The translations under genes were made by a program, and so were the position numbers. From assembly GCF_006345805.1 (NCBI RefSeq), contig NC_043006.1, positions 37,138,001 to 37,202,000 on the forward strand: a DNA stretch of 64,000 bases. The letters are read 5' to 3'. Under the pieces are notes generated by a model. The model was given only the letters and a program-made list of their open reading frames with translations. It made no database searches and had not been told where the DNA came from. Below are positions 26,662 to 41,452 of the stretch, piece after piece. This DNA is from Octopus sinensis. Taxonomy: Eukaryota. How positions within the stretch are numbered: position 1 is the first letter of the stretch; the number at the start of each line of letters is the position of its first letter.

Positions 26662-26929
26662 AGTTAGGCGTGTGTGTGTTTGTTTGTGTGTGCATGTGTT
26701 TGAGCTTGTGGTGTGTGTGTGTGTGTGTAAGATAAAAGATATGGCAGAGTGTTGTTTCAAGGAATTTGGTTGCGATTGCCCTAATGTAGTTCCAGGGGTC
26801 TGATCAATCAACAACAACAACAGAAACGACGAGGGCGACGGCGACGACATCAACAAAAGAACAAATACAAGCATAAACTTTCCAGTTTCTCATATGTCTC
26901 TGCATCATTAAAATCATCATCGCCATCTT

Positions 26930-27038
26930 CTTTCTTTCTTTCTTTCTTTCTTCTTCTTCTTCTTCTTCTTCTTCTTCTTCTTCTTCTTCTTCTTCTTCTT
27001 CTTCTTCTTCTTCTTCTTCTTCTTCTTCCTCCCCCCTT

Positions 27039-27071
<33 letters not shown>

Positions 27072-27115
27072 ACTACTACTACTACTACCTACTACTAACT
27101 ACTACTACTACTAGT
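26930..27115. repeat. Long (CTT)n tract followed by (CTA)n
   Basis: Direct inspection. Confidence 0.95.
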
Positions 27116-27601
27116 GCATTTTAAAAACCTTTATCTCCTCCTCCTTCTCCTCCTCCTCCTCCTTCTCCTCCTCTTCACCGCTTCTTCTCCTTCCATTCAT
27201 CTCCCACAACACATTTACTAAAATACATAAATTAGATTAGGGGCAGCAGTACTTAAAGGTGGTTTTATGTACCAACGAAAGGGTTACGAGGTCACGATCA
27301 GATTGTGCGCAGTCCTCATTGTTTTAGTTCTGCATTGCACTTCCCCCGTGTTGCATTATAGTTTTAGCGTCGATAAATCCAGCCACGCCCACTCCACAGA
27401 CACCTACATAACACCACAAACCCTACAACGCACCAGACTGACGCCTGTAGGGTTCGATCATTGTTGCTTCCGTGGATCGATATTGGATTAACAGAAACTA
27501 GCTTGGATGTTTATAGTAAGTATCTGTACGCATGCATACGCATAAGATATATAAATATACCTACAACACACACATACACACATACAAAAATGTGCGTAGG
27601 C

Positions 27602-27640
<39 letters not shown>

Positions 27641-27738
27641 AGAGAAAAAGATAAAAAAACAGCATCGTGAGGACGTAGCAGACACACACACATATAATAT
27701 ATATATATACACACACACACCACACCACATATACACGC

Positions 27739-27837
<99 letters not shown>

Positions 27838-28684
27838 GTAGTTTAGATGCACATACAGTAACACACAAATACATACACATATATCGAAAAGAGTTTGTGT
27901 GAGTTGTTTCTTTCTGTTTGAAGTATTCAAGTATAAAATTAGTAAAGGAAACGTATGTTTATTTTAAAAAATCATAAAAAATAAACTTGGCGTTGAATTT
28001 TGAAAGATGAGCATTGATCATTTGGAAATAACAAGATATGATCATGCCACACTGTCTCCTGGTATTGAGTACTGCTTATAGCTTAGGTGCATTTCACATA
28101 AAGTCATTGACACTGCGTCTTCCTCCAATCTCAACAGTAAAAGATATGCACATACTCATATACATTATTATTACGAACAGCTGATTTGAAACTTCTAGTT
28201 TCCATGCCCTAACTATAAATTTGCATTTATGCAAATAATATTCGGGACATTTTAAGGTGTCGACCTGGCAGAAACGTTAGCACACCGGGCGAAATGCGTA
28301 GCCGTATTTCGTCTGCCGCTACGTTCTGAGTTCAAATTCCGCCGAGGTCGACTTTGCCTTTCATCCTTTCGGGGTCGATAAATTAAGTATCAGTTACGGA
28401 CTGGGGTCAATATAATCGACTTAATCCATTTGTCTGTCCTTGTTTGTCTTCTCTGTGTTTAGCCCCTTGTGTGCAGTAAAGAAATAGGTATTTCGTCTGT
28501 CTTTATGTTCTGAGTTCCAATTCCGCCGATGTCGACTTTACCTCTCATCCTTTTGGGGTCGATAAATTAAGTACCAGTTGCGTACTGGAGTCAATCTAAT
28601 CGACTGGCCCACTCACCAAAATTTTGGGCCTTGGCCCTAGAGTTGAAGAGTGTGTATTTATATATACATATATATATTATATAT

Positions 28685-28774
<90 letters not shown>

Positions 28775-30585
28775 CAATATGTGTGTGTGTGCTTGTGCGT
28801 GGGTGTGGTGTGTGTGTGTGCTTCTTTCAGTTTTTGTCAACCTAATCCACTCACAAGGCTTTGGTCAGCCCGAGGCTGTAGAAGAAGACATTTGTTCAAG
28901 GTGCCACGCAGTGGGACTGAATCTGGAACCATGTAGCTGGGAAGCAAGCTTCTTACCACACAACCACTCATAATCATGTGATCAACCATACTGTCGGATG
29001 TGTTATCATATATCAATGATCATAATGCACTTTGCATCATTTTAGCCTTCGAATGATGCCACCCCACTGGCTAGGCGAGTTATTCTACATTATCCCTGAT
29101 TAGAAGGCTCTTCTGTTGCAGAGGTTACTCATCTACAGCTGATTGGACTGGGGCAAGATGAAATTAAGTGTTTTGTTCAAGAACCCAACGCACCGCTCGA
29201 CCGGAAATCGAATCCACGATTGCTAGATCTTGAGTGCAACGCACTTACCATGGTATGTATGTGTTTATTTATTGTGTGTATGTATAATCCAATGAAGTAC
29301 AGATATCTCTTTATGGCGACCTCACTAGTCATTCCATCTCCCGGAAGTCCTATGGTGATGGAAAACTGGCGACGTGATCAGTTGAAAGCACACAGTAAGT
29401 TGTAACGTTTCGTTCATCATTCATGCTTCAAACCATGCAGATCTGGAAAAAAGAATGAATAGTCATCTGAGAGGTCATGGACGGAAAGTCAGAAATGTCA
29501 TTGACAACGAAAGGGCAATCATCTGTGAAAATTAAAGAAATCATTTATATATCTATATACTAAAGGGTAAACACTCCCTTCCGGGATTGCCCCAAGAAAG
29601 TTCCCCACCGAGGCACAAGTTCGGGCAAGGTTGTTTTTATGGAAGACCAACAGACTGCCATGCATACCATCCTCCCCTCTCTATGCCACTGGTGTTATCC
29701 AAGGAAAAGCCAAAAGCGTATGCAGCTTTGTACCAATGACATAGCAAGTCATTTCTTCAGCTGAGTGAACTGGAGCAACGTGACACAAAGTGTCACATGA
29801 TCGTGAGCCCGACGCTCTAACCACTGAGCCATGCGCCTTCACCATTTATATACTATACATGAATTAAAATTCGTAGCAATAGCACGTAAAGCAATTCTCG
29901 ATCGCTTTTGTCTGGGGTAGTTTTACAACACTCAATAATAACGAAAGAGTCTGGTAATAATTAAAGCCGCAACAATTGATTCTCTTTGATGCCTACCGAA
30001 CAGATTAAACCAAAAACACAGGGGAAATCCAACATCAACTAAAAGTATCTTTTATCTTTATTAGTTTCAGTCATTAGACTGTGGCCAAGCTGGAGCACTG
30101 CCTTCAAGGGTTTAGGTCGCAGAAACCGACACCGGTACTTATTTTTCTAAAGTCAGGTATTTCTTCTCTTTTGCCGAACTGGTACGTTACGGGGGTCATA
30201 ATCAAACCAACTGTCAAAGTGGTGGATGGACAAACACTAGGACACACACACATATACGTACATACACGCGCGCGCACACACACACATACATACATATACA
30301 CATATATATCTGTGTGTGTATATATAGATATATGTATATGTATATGCACATACATATTTACACACACACATACACACACACATATGACAGCCTTCCACAC
30401 AGTTTTCTTGAACGAAATTCACTCACAAGGCAATGGTCAGTGAGGGGCTATAGAAAGAGTTCTTACCCAAGGTGACGCGTAGTGGGACTGAACCTGAACG
30501 GTAGTGCGCATGCGCGCGCATGTATGGGCCATGTGCATATATATTATATATACATGTATACATATATGTCAATATTATCAATATG

Positions 30586-30666
<81 letters not shown>

Positions 30667-32306
30667 ATATATAGTGTGTTGTATATAATGTGTGTGTGTG
30701 TGTGTGTATGTATATACCGCTCGGTTACGGACACAAACACACCAGAATCGAATGTCAAGCGATGTTGGTGGGAGGGCAAACACATACACACATATATATA
30801 CGACGGGCTTCTTTCAGTTTCTGTCTACCAAATCCACTCACAAAGCTTTTGTTGGCCCGAGGCTATAGTAGAAGACACTTGCCCAAGGTGCCATGCAGTG
30901 GGACTGAACCCGGGACCATGTGGTTGTTAAACAAGCTCCTTACCACACAGCCACTCCGGTGCGTATATATATATATATAAATTATGTATTTGTAAATACA
31001 TACCTGCATAGACACATAAATATATGTACATATATATTACACACATACACATACATGCGCATATATGCACACTCGTTCGCACACAAACAGGCATTCATTA
31101 TATACATACATACATACATACATACATACATACATACATACATACATACATACATACATTCATACATACATACATACATACATACATACATACATACATA
31201 CATACATACATACATACATGTATAGGAAATGGTATATACGCTACCCATGCGTTCATATAAATTCAGTTGTGTACATATACACACATGTATACAGGAGGAA
31301 CTGTAAAACGTTGTGTATAGGAGGAAAGAGAGAGAGGGAGAAAGGGAAAAGTTGGTGGGTGGGTATGTGGGTGGGAGACAAGATGTGATGTAGATAAATC
31401 TGATATGTGATAGAAGGGGTGCCACACCCTTCTGTCTTAAATGGAAATGTCAAACGGTAGACGTAAATAAAGCCCTCGCTTGATTTCAACAAATCTGTTG
31501 GGTATTAGGAATAAATGGTGAGGCGGGTGGCGATAGTATGGATTGAAAGGGTAGTGTTAGTAATGTTACAGTGTAGGGGAGGATTATGGTGCTATGATGT
31601 AAGAAAAACAGGAAGGTGGTTTCCCATATTTTCCATTTTAGACATTTTCAATGTATTACTTATCTTTCTCCTTTTATTGTTTTTCTCCCTTTATTTTTGT
31701 TGTATATCGGGTAGTTCATTATGCCAATAATAAACACACGCACTGGTTCTATTTCACTTCTTTTTTCAATATTGGTTTGAAATTCGGCACGATGCCAGCA
31801 ATTTTGGGGGAGGGGTTTAGTCTATTACATCGACCACAGTGCTCGATTGATATTCATTTTATCGAACACTAAAAGAGGAAAGGCAACGTTAACCTTGGCG
31901 GAATTTGAACTGAAGAACGTAAAGACGGACGAAATGTCACTAAGCATTTTTCCTAGCTTGCTAACGATTTTGCCGACTCCCCGCCTTACTTTTATTAGTA
32001 TTAGTCAATTTGTTAAGGTGGCAAGCTGATAGAATCGTTAGTACGTCGTACAAAGTCGTCCTCGGCGATATTTCTTCCGGTTTTACTTTCCAAGTTCAAA
32101 TTCCCCCGAAGTCGACTTTGCCTTTCATTCAATTGAGGTCGACAAAATAAGTACCAGTTGAGTACTTGGGTTGATGTAACCGACTATCCGTCCTCCCAAA
32201 ATTTGTACTAATTAGTAGGAAGGTTATTATTAGTCAATTGATTAACCATTGACAATTAGCTAAACAATTGTTTGGCTAACCATTCGGTTTAATCAATCAC
32301 TCACTC

Positions 32307-32406
32307 NNNNNNNNNNNNNNNNNNNNNNNNNNNNNNNNNNNNNNNNNNNNNNNNNNNNNNNNNNNNNNNNNNNNNNNNNNNNNNNNNNNNNNNNNNNNNN
32401 NNNNNN
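32307..32406. other. Assembly gap (100 N)
   Basis: Run of N. Confidence 1.
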
Positions 32407-33132
32407 AAATTAGTGGGGGTGCTGCTTTAGGAAAATTTTAACTGTTGTTTTAATATTGTGTGAAAGGAAACAAACATATAAAAAGAGAATTTATACATTA
32501 ACTCGATCGGTTCGCGTTTTAGCCACTGCCGGGTAGAGTGTTTAATTTGTTCACTGAATACCGCTGTGAATTCCCCCTTGTTTTTCAAAGATTCCCCCTA
32601 ATTCACAAAATAAGGTGGGAGGAATCTGTCCTATTTTTCAAATCCTGGCAAAAACATTGTAGCTGGAAGCAGGATAATAATCTAATTCTAACTTTACCAA
32701 ATTCAAGAATATAAACACGTTTTTAAGCACAACACACGCGGAGTCAAAAAGAAACACTACCTATAACCAGCACATCAGGGTCGGCACTGCGTGAACCATA
32801 GTGTTCTCTCTCCCTAGCGTGCAGCTTCCTATCTCGGACATGTGAGCATGCGCACAACAGCCAAACACTGCGTCGCTGGAACTGTGAAGCGCACAGTTCT
32901 ATACAAGGATTTTTGTATTGGTTTCATTAAGCTTAAGGATTATAGAATTATAGAAAAAAAAAGGACTCTTTATATTGAATGTTATCGATAATATTGAGTT
33001 GAAATAGGGGGTGCTGCAGTTCCGCGGTACCTATGCGCGAGCCGCCACTGCTCAAGAGACACATTCGTGTCCATAGAGTATTAGTACAGCGATATTTTAC
33101 TTAACACTCATTTGTCGTTCACGACTAGAGAA

Positions 33133-33211
<79 letters not shown>

Positions 33212-33849
33212 GTATATATGGTTGATACGATTACGTTTTATCCAAAGCAACGTTTTGTCTCATAAGCTTGTTAAGGTCGGTCGTGCACTCACAGACAACA
33301 GACTGATGTAGTATCTACGGATATTTGGAGAATACGTATTCCTATTTATGTTACATAAAACAAACATATATAACCCTATATATATATGTTATTTATGCTT
33401 GTTTTGTATAAGAGGTAAGGTTTACTGAAAAAGCGTTCATATGGAAGACGGTGTCAGCGGAATGATTTGGAATATGAGTGTATTTGGGTAGTGCTGATGG
33501 GTGGATTGAGACAGCTAAATCAGTTTTGATAAGCTGTGGGGGTGTGCAACAGGCAATATTTTTGGAACATACGAAAGTATATGTTTCCCAAGACAGTATA
33601 TACATAAATATATAGCTACAGAGAGATAAATTTATACATATATACGCGCATTCGTGCATGCACACACATAAACACACATTATGCACACACATGCGTGTAT
33701 TAGTCAGAGCAGGAAGGAAGGGCCTACGAACTTCAAACATATCTATTTACCTCTCTCTGTCTCTTCCAATTCTGTATTCTTGCGTGTGTTTTTGTATATA
33801 TCATATTTTAACCTGAATATGGAATCCCCTAATTTTGGGGGGCTTAAAA

Positions 33850-33965
33850 TTTGGAGAATAGGTTTTGTAAGGGATTATAATACTATCCATGTATAAGAAA
33901 CTCCGTTATTTTTTTAACCTAAATTTTGACGAAAAAGGGTTCCTTATACACGTTAAAATACGGTA
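33850..33965. mobile_element. Tc2/pogo-like MITE terminus
   Basis: Ends cttatacacgttaaaatacggTA; a similar TAccgtattt...gatgcac terminus starts at 36542. Confidence 0.45.
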
Positions 33966-34026
33966 TTTCCCTCCATGTCTACATACATAATACATACATA
34001 TAAAGACACACACACGTCTGTGTGTG

Positions 34027-34062
<36 letters not shown>

Positions 34063-34071
34063 TTACACACA

Positions 34072-34108
<37 letters not shown>

Positions 34109-34267
34109 TTACCTGATTTTGTTCTTACACCTATCTTCGTCTTTGTTTTCTGTAAATTTGAACTATGATTTTACGATGTATATATTATATATATAATATA
34201 TATATATATATATAATATAATATAGATATATATATATATATATATATACATATATATATACACATAT

Positions 34268-34470
34268 GGAAAAAAATGCAAGTAGAAAATGCAAAATATT
34301 TTATAAAAAAACACTTCAGTACCGGTTTTCACTCAATGAGACTTTTTCAACTGTAAGTATGGAAAACAATTAAATTTTGGAAAAATTAAAAGAAAAGTTT
34401 TTGAAAAGAATATTTGCATAGTATTCTAATACAAGATGCATTTTCCTTGTTTTTGCCTGTCTCTGTCTCT
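34268..34470 (-). mobile_element. pLTR-like repeat with decayed U3/A8 hammerhead (34317-34353)
   Basis: CAG TTGAAAA A GTCTC-att-GAGT GAAA ACCGGT A CTG; paralog at 34980-35175. Confidence 0.5.
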
Positions 34471-34473
34471 CTT

Positions 34474-34517
<44 letters not shown>

Positions 34518-34979
34518 TCTTATTCTTTTAACTGTTTCAGTCATTTGACTGCGCCCATGCTGGAATACCGCCTTTAGTCGCGAAAATCGTCCCCAGGACT
34601 TATACTTTGTAAGCCTAGTACTTATTCTAGTGGTCTTTATTACCGAACTGCTAGGTTACAAGAACGTAAACACACCAGCATCGGTCGTCAAGCGATGTTG
34701 GGGGGACGAACACATATACACACATATGTACATATACGACGGGCTTCTTTTAGTCTTCGTCTACCAAATCCACTCACAAGGCACTTGCATAAGGAGCCAC
34801 GCAGTGGGACTGAATCAGGAACCATGTGGTTGGTAAGCAAGCATCTTACCACACAGCCACACTTGTGCCTATATATATATGTGTGTATATATATGTGTGT
34901 GTGTGTTGTGTGTGTGTGTGTGTGTGTGTGTATGAAGAAGGTTGAGAAGCAACACAGTAGTTGATATGTATAAAGAAAA

Positions 34980-35175
34980 TAAGACAAGGTAGAAAATGGT
35001 AAAATAATTTTATCAAGAAGAACTTTTTAGTGCCGGTTTCAGACTTTGCGAATTTTCAACTGGGAGTAAAGCCCAAAACAATTAAATTGTGGAAAAATTA
35101 AGTGAAATGTTTTTTGAAATATTTCCATAGTTTTCGAATACATGGACATTTTCCTTCTTTCTTTTCTGTCTGTCT
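34980..35175 (-). mobile_element. Second diverged copy of the same pLTR-like repeat (HHR remnant 35028-35062)
   Basis: CAG TTGAAAA ... GAA ACCGGC A CTA; shares caattaaatt.tggaaaaatta and other blocks with 34268-34470. Confidence 0.45.
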
Positions 35176-35711
35176 CTCTCTTTTACTCTTGTGAAGGCTT
35201 GGTAGCAGGCAGTAAGTAGTGGGTAGGCGGCGAGCTGGCAGAAACGTTAGCACGTCGGGCGAAATGCTTAGCGGTATTTCGTCTGCCGTTACGTTGTGAG
35301 TTCAAATTCCGCCGAGGTCAACTTTACCTTTCATCCTTTCGCGGTCGATAAATTAAGTACCAGTTACGCACTGGGGTCGATGTAATCGACTTAATACCTA
35401 TGTCTGTCCTTGTTTGTCCCTTCTATGTTTAGCCCCTTGTGGGTAATAAAGAAATAGGTATACACACACACACACACACACCGCACACACATAATATATA
35501 TATATGTATATTCTTTTGCTTGTTTCAGTCATTTGACTGCGGCCTTGCTCATAGGGTTTCAGTCGAACAAATCGACCCTAGGGCTTATTTCTTAAACCAA
35601 GTACTTAATCCATCGGTGTCTTTTGTCGAACTGTTAGGTTACGGGTACCTAAACACGCAAGCACCGGTTATTAATCGGTAGTTTGGGACAAACATAGACA
35701 CAAGGACACAC

Positions 35712-35747
<36 letters not shown>

Positions 35748-36110
35748 CACGCATGCATATATATATATATATTATATATATATACACACATGCACACATA
35801 TAGTATAATAGATATATATGTATGTATGCATGTATATACATAAATATATATGAATATGTTTGTTAATAATATATATATATATATAATATATTATGTTATG
35901 TATATATAACGTATGTAGTATGTATTATGTATGTATGTATGTATGTAATGTATGTATGTAGTATGTATGTATGTATGTGTGTATATATACTCTGTAGCCC
36001 ATAACTAGTAATACTACTTAGTAAAGAAGTTATGTAACCACACTCTGGAAATCAAACTAAATAATAATTTACGTGAAACTCTAAACATAACTTTATCATA
36101 TCACTCTTTG

Positions 36111-36167
<57 letters not shown>

Positions 36168-36945
36168 GTCTGTCTATCTATCTATCTGTTTATCTGTCCC
36201 TTTCTTTATCCTTCTAGACAGCTGCCTCTCTGAATCCTCTTCCACGAATTGCTTTATTCTTAAATATGATGAGTGTACACACACACACACACACACACAT
36301 ACATATGGAAAACCACGCATGACTGGTTTTCACATTATATACAATCACATTAATTTGAAATCTAATGCGTGATATAACTATTTTGATAAACATACAATTT
36401 TGCCTCCTCGCTGTGTTGTGAAAACAAAGACACACAGGTTACATTACGCCATGGGCAAAAAATTGTGGGGGCGACCTGAATAGTTTCTAGTCTTATATAT
36501 TCATCAGAGAAAAAGCACTCATCTTCCGTCCACGTAAAGATTACCGTATTTGATGACATAAAAGATGTACGGGCGTATTAGATGCACTCCAATTTCAGAA
36601 AGCGCATATTCGGGAAAAGATGTTTTTAATACATTAAACCAGGGTGGGACAATTTCGCATACAAGACTCGGGGTAGTTTTATTGATGATATTTTTATGAT
36701 GCAAAATGTGCTTCTTATATTGGTTTCAGATTTTGTCAAAAGGCTAACAATTTCGGGAGAGGGTGTAAATCGATGACATCGATCCCAGTGCACAACTGGT
36801 ACTTATTTTGTCAACCTCGAAAGGATGAAAGGTAAAGTCGGCTTCGTCGGTATTTGACCTCAGAACGTAAGGACGGACGAAATGCGGCTAAAGTATTTTG
36901 CCCGGCATGCTAACGGTTCTCCCAGCTCACCGCTTTAATAATGAT

Positions 36946-36983
<38 letters not shown>

Positions 36984-38326
36984 CAACAACAACAACAACA
37001 ATACTAAAGGCACAAAGCCTGAAATTTTGAGGGAGGGGTAAGTTGATTACATCGACCCCAGTGTTCAACTGGTACTTATTTTACCGACTTCGAAAGGATT
37101 AAAGGCAAATTCGACCTCGGCAGAATTTGAACTCAGAACATAAGGACGAACGAAATGCTGGTAAGCATTTGGCCTGGCATGCTAACGATTCCGCCTTAAA
37201 AGTATGTCTTATATTGCCATCGAAAATGGGAATAGCTCAGAGCTATTTATTCTTCGTGCTTGGATACACCGAACCTACTTGGATTAATTTGTTATATATC
37301 GGTACATGCCCTGGTAAGGTTGTTAATTAATTAATAATGCACTACACAGCAGCTTTTTGCACTCTTATGTAAATTAGGCTGAATTACTTCTCTTGCTCAT
37401 TATCAACTAATCATAACCACCACCACCACCACCATGCCACCACCTTCACAAATAGCCTTGCCATCGATGTCCTCTTCTTCCTCCTCCTCCTCCTCCTCCT
37501 CATCATCATCATCGTTGAATTCGTCATTGTCATCGTCATGGTCGCGCAGTCGTCGTCATCGTAATTCTTGTTGCCGCTGCTTTCAACATCCACCTTCTCC
37601 TCCTGCTCCTCCTCTTACCCTCCCCATCATCATCATCATCATCATCACTAGCAGCAGCATCGTCGTCGTCATCATTGTGATCGTCGTCACCGCCACCACT
37701 ATCATCAAGGTCACTATCATCACCATCATCATCAACACCACAAGCAGCAGCAGCGGCGGCAGTAACGGAAATACCATGCAATATTGTAGACCGTTCCTGA
37801 ATATATTTTTCACGAAGTAAAATTTGGTCTGTTTCGTCGATATCACTCCAACCCACCGACTCCCTCTTTTCCCTCTTCCTCCTACTTCCCTCATAATGTT
37901 GATAATTCATATTGAATCGCGTTGATTAATGTCCTCCTCCAGCACCGCCCTCTCTCTCACAAATAATTGCTATTTTCTTAATACGATGAATATTTAATTG
38001 AGATTTGTTAATTAGTTTTCATTATTGTCTCGTGTAGATGTCAGTGTGCGTACGCATGTATATGCATGTACACACACACATACACGTATGTGGCTGTGTG
38101 GTAAGACGCTTGCTTCCGAATCACATAATTCCGGGTTCAGTCCTACTGCGTGGCACTTTGGGTAAATGTCTTCTTCTATAGCCTTGGGTCGAGTAAAGCC
38201 TTGTGAGTGGATTTGGTAGACGGAAACTGAAAGCTCGTCGTGTGTATATATATATATATATATACACACACACAAGTAAAAGAATATATATACATACACA
38301 GGTAAAAGAATAAAAGAATATATCTA

Positions 38327-38420
38327 TCTATAATACATTAAAAGTCAGCTTGAATCTTGCTTGCTTGTTTCCTTGCAGTGTTACGCAGCCAAACTGGCAC
38401 ATAATGGGAACATACTATGA
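38327..38420 (+). mobile_element. Possible Helitron 5' end
   Basis: A|TCTATAATACATTAAAA resembles the 14396 start; no convincing hairpin-CTAG end found. Confidence 0.3.
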
Positions 38421-40166
38421 ATTAAATTAACCCTGAAATGTAAATACAAACGGAATGAAAAGAAACTTCGCGTAAATCGGGTAAGTGGTTGTGCTGATAT
38501 TACGGGTTTTCGGGGAATAAATACCCAAAACGGTGTATAATGGGAAATCCTTCGAAATTAACTTAATCCTGAAAGGGAAATAACCTTTCGATTCGACACA
38601 GTGACTTGACAACGAAAAAATACGATTTATTTTTTACAGTAAATGTTTCTATTTTCACTTTTGTTAAACACAATATTTTTATCATTTAGGAATATTTTTA
38701 AGTGAATGTGATTTCAAAAATGAAGATTGTTTGTACAATAAGTATTTATATTTAGCTTTCTTTAAAAAATATTTTAAAGTGAAAAGGACTTTAAAAATAC
38801 GATAAATATTTCGTAAAAGACCCGTTCGTAACCTCGGTGTGAAATAATTTTTTTCCATAGATAACTTTCGAGTGCATTCAGTGTATCTCACCTCCAAAGA
38901 TTTGGCTGCCATTCCTAGCACGGTCTGCTACCACGTAACAACTATTGGCGATAAGGGACCCGAAATACCTGTTACGTAAACGGCTCCTTTCCCCTCAGCC
39001 GTTTATGCATGATTTCGATGTCACATTCGTTGAAAGCATGCAAAATAGCCCGGAAAAGGAAAAAAAACCCCACGAAGCAAAACCCCGTTTCTGGGAAACC
39101 CAGAGGGAGGAGGAGAAAAAGAAAATATAGAGAATTATAAAAGGATAGCGAGAAAAAAGATAATAGGGTGTGTAGTCGCAGAAATTGTGTATAAATGTAA
39201 GAGCTTACTGTGGACAAGGCTGCGTGGCGTTCTGTGTGTGTGTATTTGGGGACGGTCATAATTTCTTTGCTAAATAAACACACGCACTGTAAACTAGTTT
39301 TTTATTTCAGCTTTATTGTTAATTTTATTTTAGTGTCCTTCGTCTTAAATCTTTCGTCACATGTCCTGTTACCTCTTCAGTGACTCTCCATCCTGCGTGT
39401 CTCCCCCTGTTCTGTTTAGTCCATTATGTCTTTCTGTGGTGTGTATCATTATCTGCGCATGCATTTGCGTCTGTATCTGTATGTGAGTGTGTGTGTGTGC
39501 GTGCATATTCGTGTGATGCGCGTGTCAATGTGTTTAGTATATGTGTTTTGTGTGTGTGTATATGGGTTTGTTTACTACACTGTTTGTACCCGAGTCTTTT
39601 ATTTCGTTGTTCTTTTTTTTTATTTGTCTATTATTCATTTATTTTTTCTCAATTCGTCTTAAGTGATGTGTATGTGTGTCTTGTGTGTGTATGGGTTCAC
39701 GTATTATACTGTTTGTATCTGAGTCTTTTTTCTCTTTCTCTTTTTCTCTCCTATCCTTAGTCGTCATGTTGCGTAGTGTAGTCGAGTGTGGTGTGTGTAT
39801 GTGTGTGTGTGAGTGTGGTGGGTTATTATTCCATTTATGTTTTCTATTGAGGCTCTGTTTATTACTTTGTGTGTGACCTTTATAAGCTGTCTAAGTGTCG
39901 TGTTGGTTCTGTGTGTCGATACGATCTTAACATTTATGTTTTTAACCGAGCCTGTCGGTTCTATTGTTTGTAGAGCAATAGTAAGCATTTCTCCTCCTTT
40001 AACTCCCGCCAGTGTTCACCTATCCGCTCACCTATGTTACGTGCGGTCTTCCCCCATGTATGTTGTTGCTTTGCTTGCGCTGCGTCCCTCACTACACAGT
40101 ATAAATTATATGATTAGGAACGTAGACTATAGTATGTATGTATGTATGTATGTATGTATGTATGTA

Positions 40167-40652
40167 GGTCACTTTCGAGTGCTACTGGTAACATGTAACC
40201 CAGTACAACCTGTTACATGGTCGGGTCGTCGGCGACTAAACTGGCACCCCACCAAGCTTGCTTGTGAGGAGAGTGTTTATTGGACACCCTGCGGGATAAA
40301 AACAAAACCCGTCAAAGGGCGGAGGAACTCTTGAGAGTCAACGGCCATTCAATATGTCTTAAGCTGTATCATGCCGGGGACATAGAAATAATCGGACTGA
40401 ATACCCGATCGCGCGGTTAAACCATTGGGAGTGAAGACTCCTAGCTTTTGTTAGGGCATCCTTCTAGGAGAAGGTAACTCAGGTAACTGGGATAACTCCG
40501 ACATAAAACATGCGGCTCAATGGTTACCGATGATGTTGACTTGTTCTTCTTTTCGGATTATGGCTGCTGCTGCTTAGTGAGTGGGATTGACTCAGTGCAC
40601 AGCCTTTCCTCACTTAAAAAAAAAATCTTCTTGCACAGGCATTGCACGATAA
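40167..40652 (+). mobile_element. ~490-bp non-autonomous retroelement, probably RTE-derived (copy 1)
   Basis: Colinear with 62587-63078 along its full length; contains ctaggagaaggtaactc resembling RTE 5' UTR motifs; no ORF; sits in (TATG)n. Confidence 0.75.
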
Positions 40653-40687
40653 TGTATGTAAGTAAGTATGTACGTGTATGTGTGTTT

Positions 40688-41000
40688 ATACGAGGAAGAG
40701 TAGCGAGTTATATTTATGGCTTGCAAGTAGACACTCTCTTTTTTCATTTCCGTTCCACGTGGAAGACCTTTTGCCAAATTAACGCACAATCCCATCATTG
40801 CAAAGCAAATTTTTTAACCATCCAGTCATACCTGCGCCTGTATTACACTACATTATACTTTTCAAAAGTGACTTTCGTTATTTTCCTTGAAGCAAAACAA
40901 TTTTGGCTGAATTCCAGAAGATGAACGCTACAGCTACCGCACCGATATGGATTTGCAGTGAGGAACTGACAGAAATTATGTGATAAACGGCGGGAAATAT
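40688..41000 (+). mobile_element. Possible mariner 5' remnant
   Basis: TAtacgagg start; EFQKMNATATA resembles the mariner N-terminal EF.KG.NA motif. Confidence 0.3.
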
Positions 41001-41254
41001 TTAGAGGAAAAGAGATGGACACACACAGACACAGACACATGCGTACTCACACATACATACACACAGACACATTCACACATAAACACACACACATGAATAT
41101 ATGTATGTATGTATGTATGCATGTATGTATATATATGTATAAATATATACATATATGTATGATATATATATTACATACATATATATGTTATGTATATATA
41201 TACATACAACACACACACACACACACACACACACACCCACACCCACCCACACAC

Positions 41255-41302
<48 letters not shown>

Positions 41303-41412
41303 TACATCTATTCATAGCATAACATATACGTACATGCGTACTTGCATTCATACTTATATATCATACACACAAACACACACAGATTTATATATTATATATA
41401 ATATATATATAA

Positions 41413-41452
<40 letters not shown>

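Noticed and set aside
28660-28771. Single-base interruptions in (TA)n/(CA)n tracts throughout the window
   Set aside because: Likely sequencing or consensus errors rather than biology.
32225-32306. Short palindromic sequence next to the gap (tagctaaacaattgtttggcta)
   Set aside because: Short, and at a contig end where sequence is unreliable.
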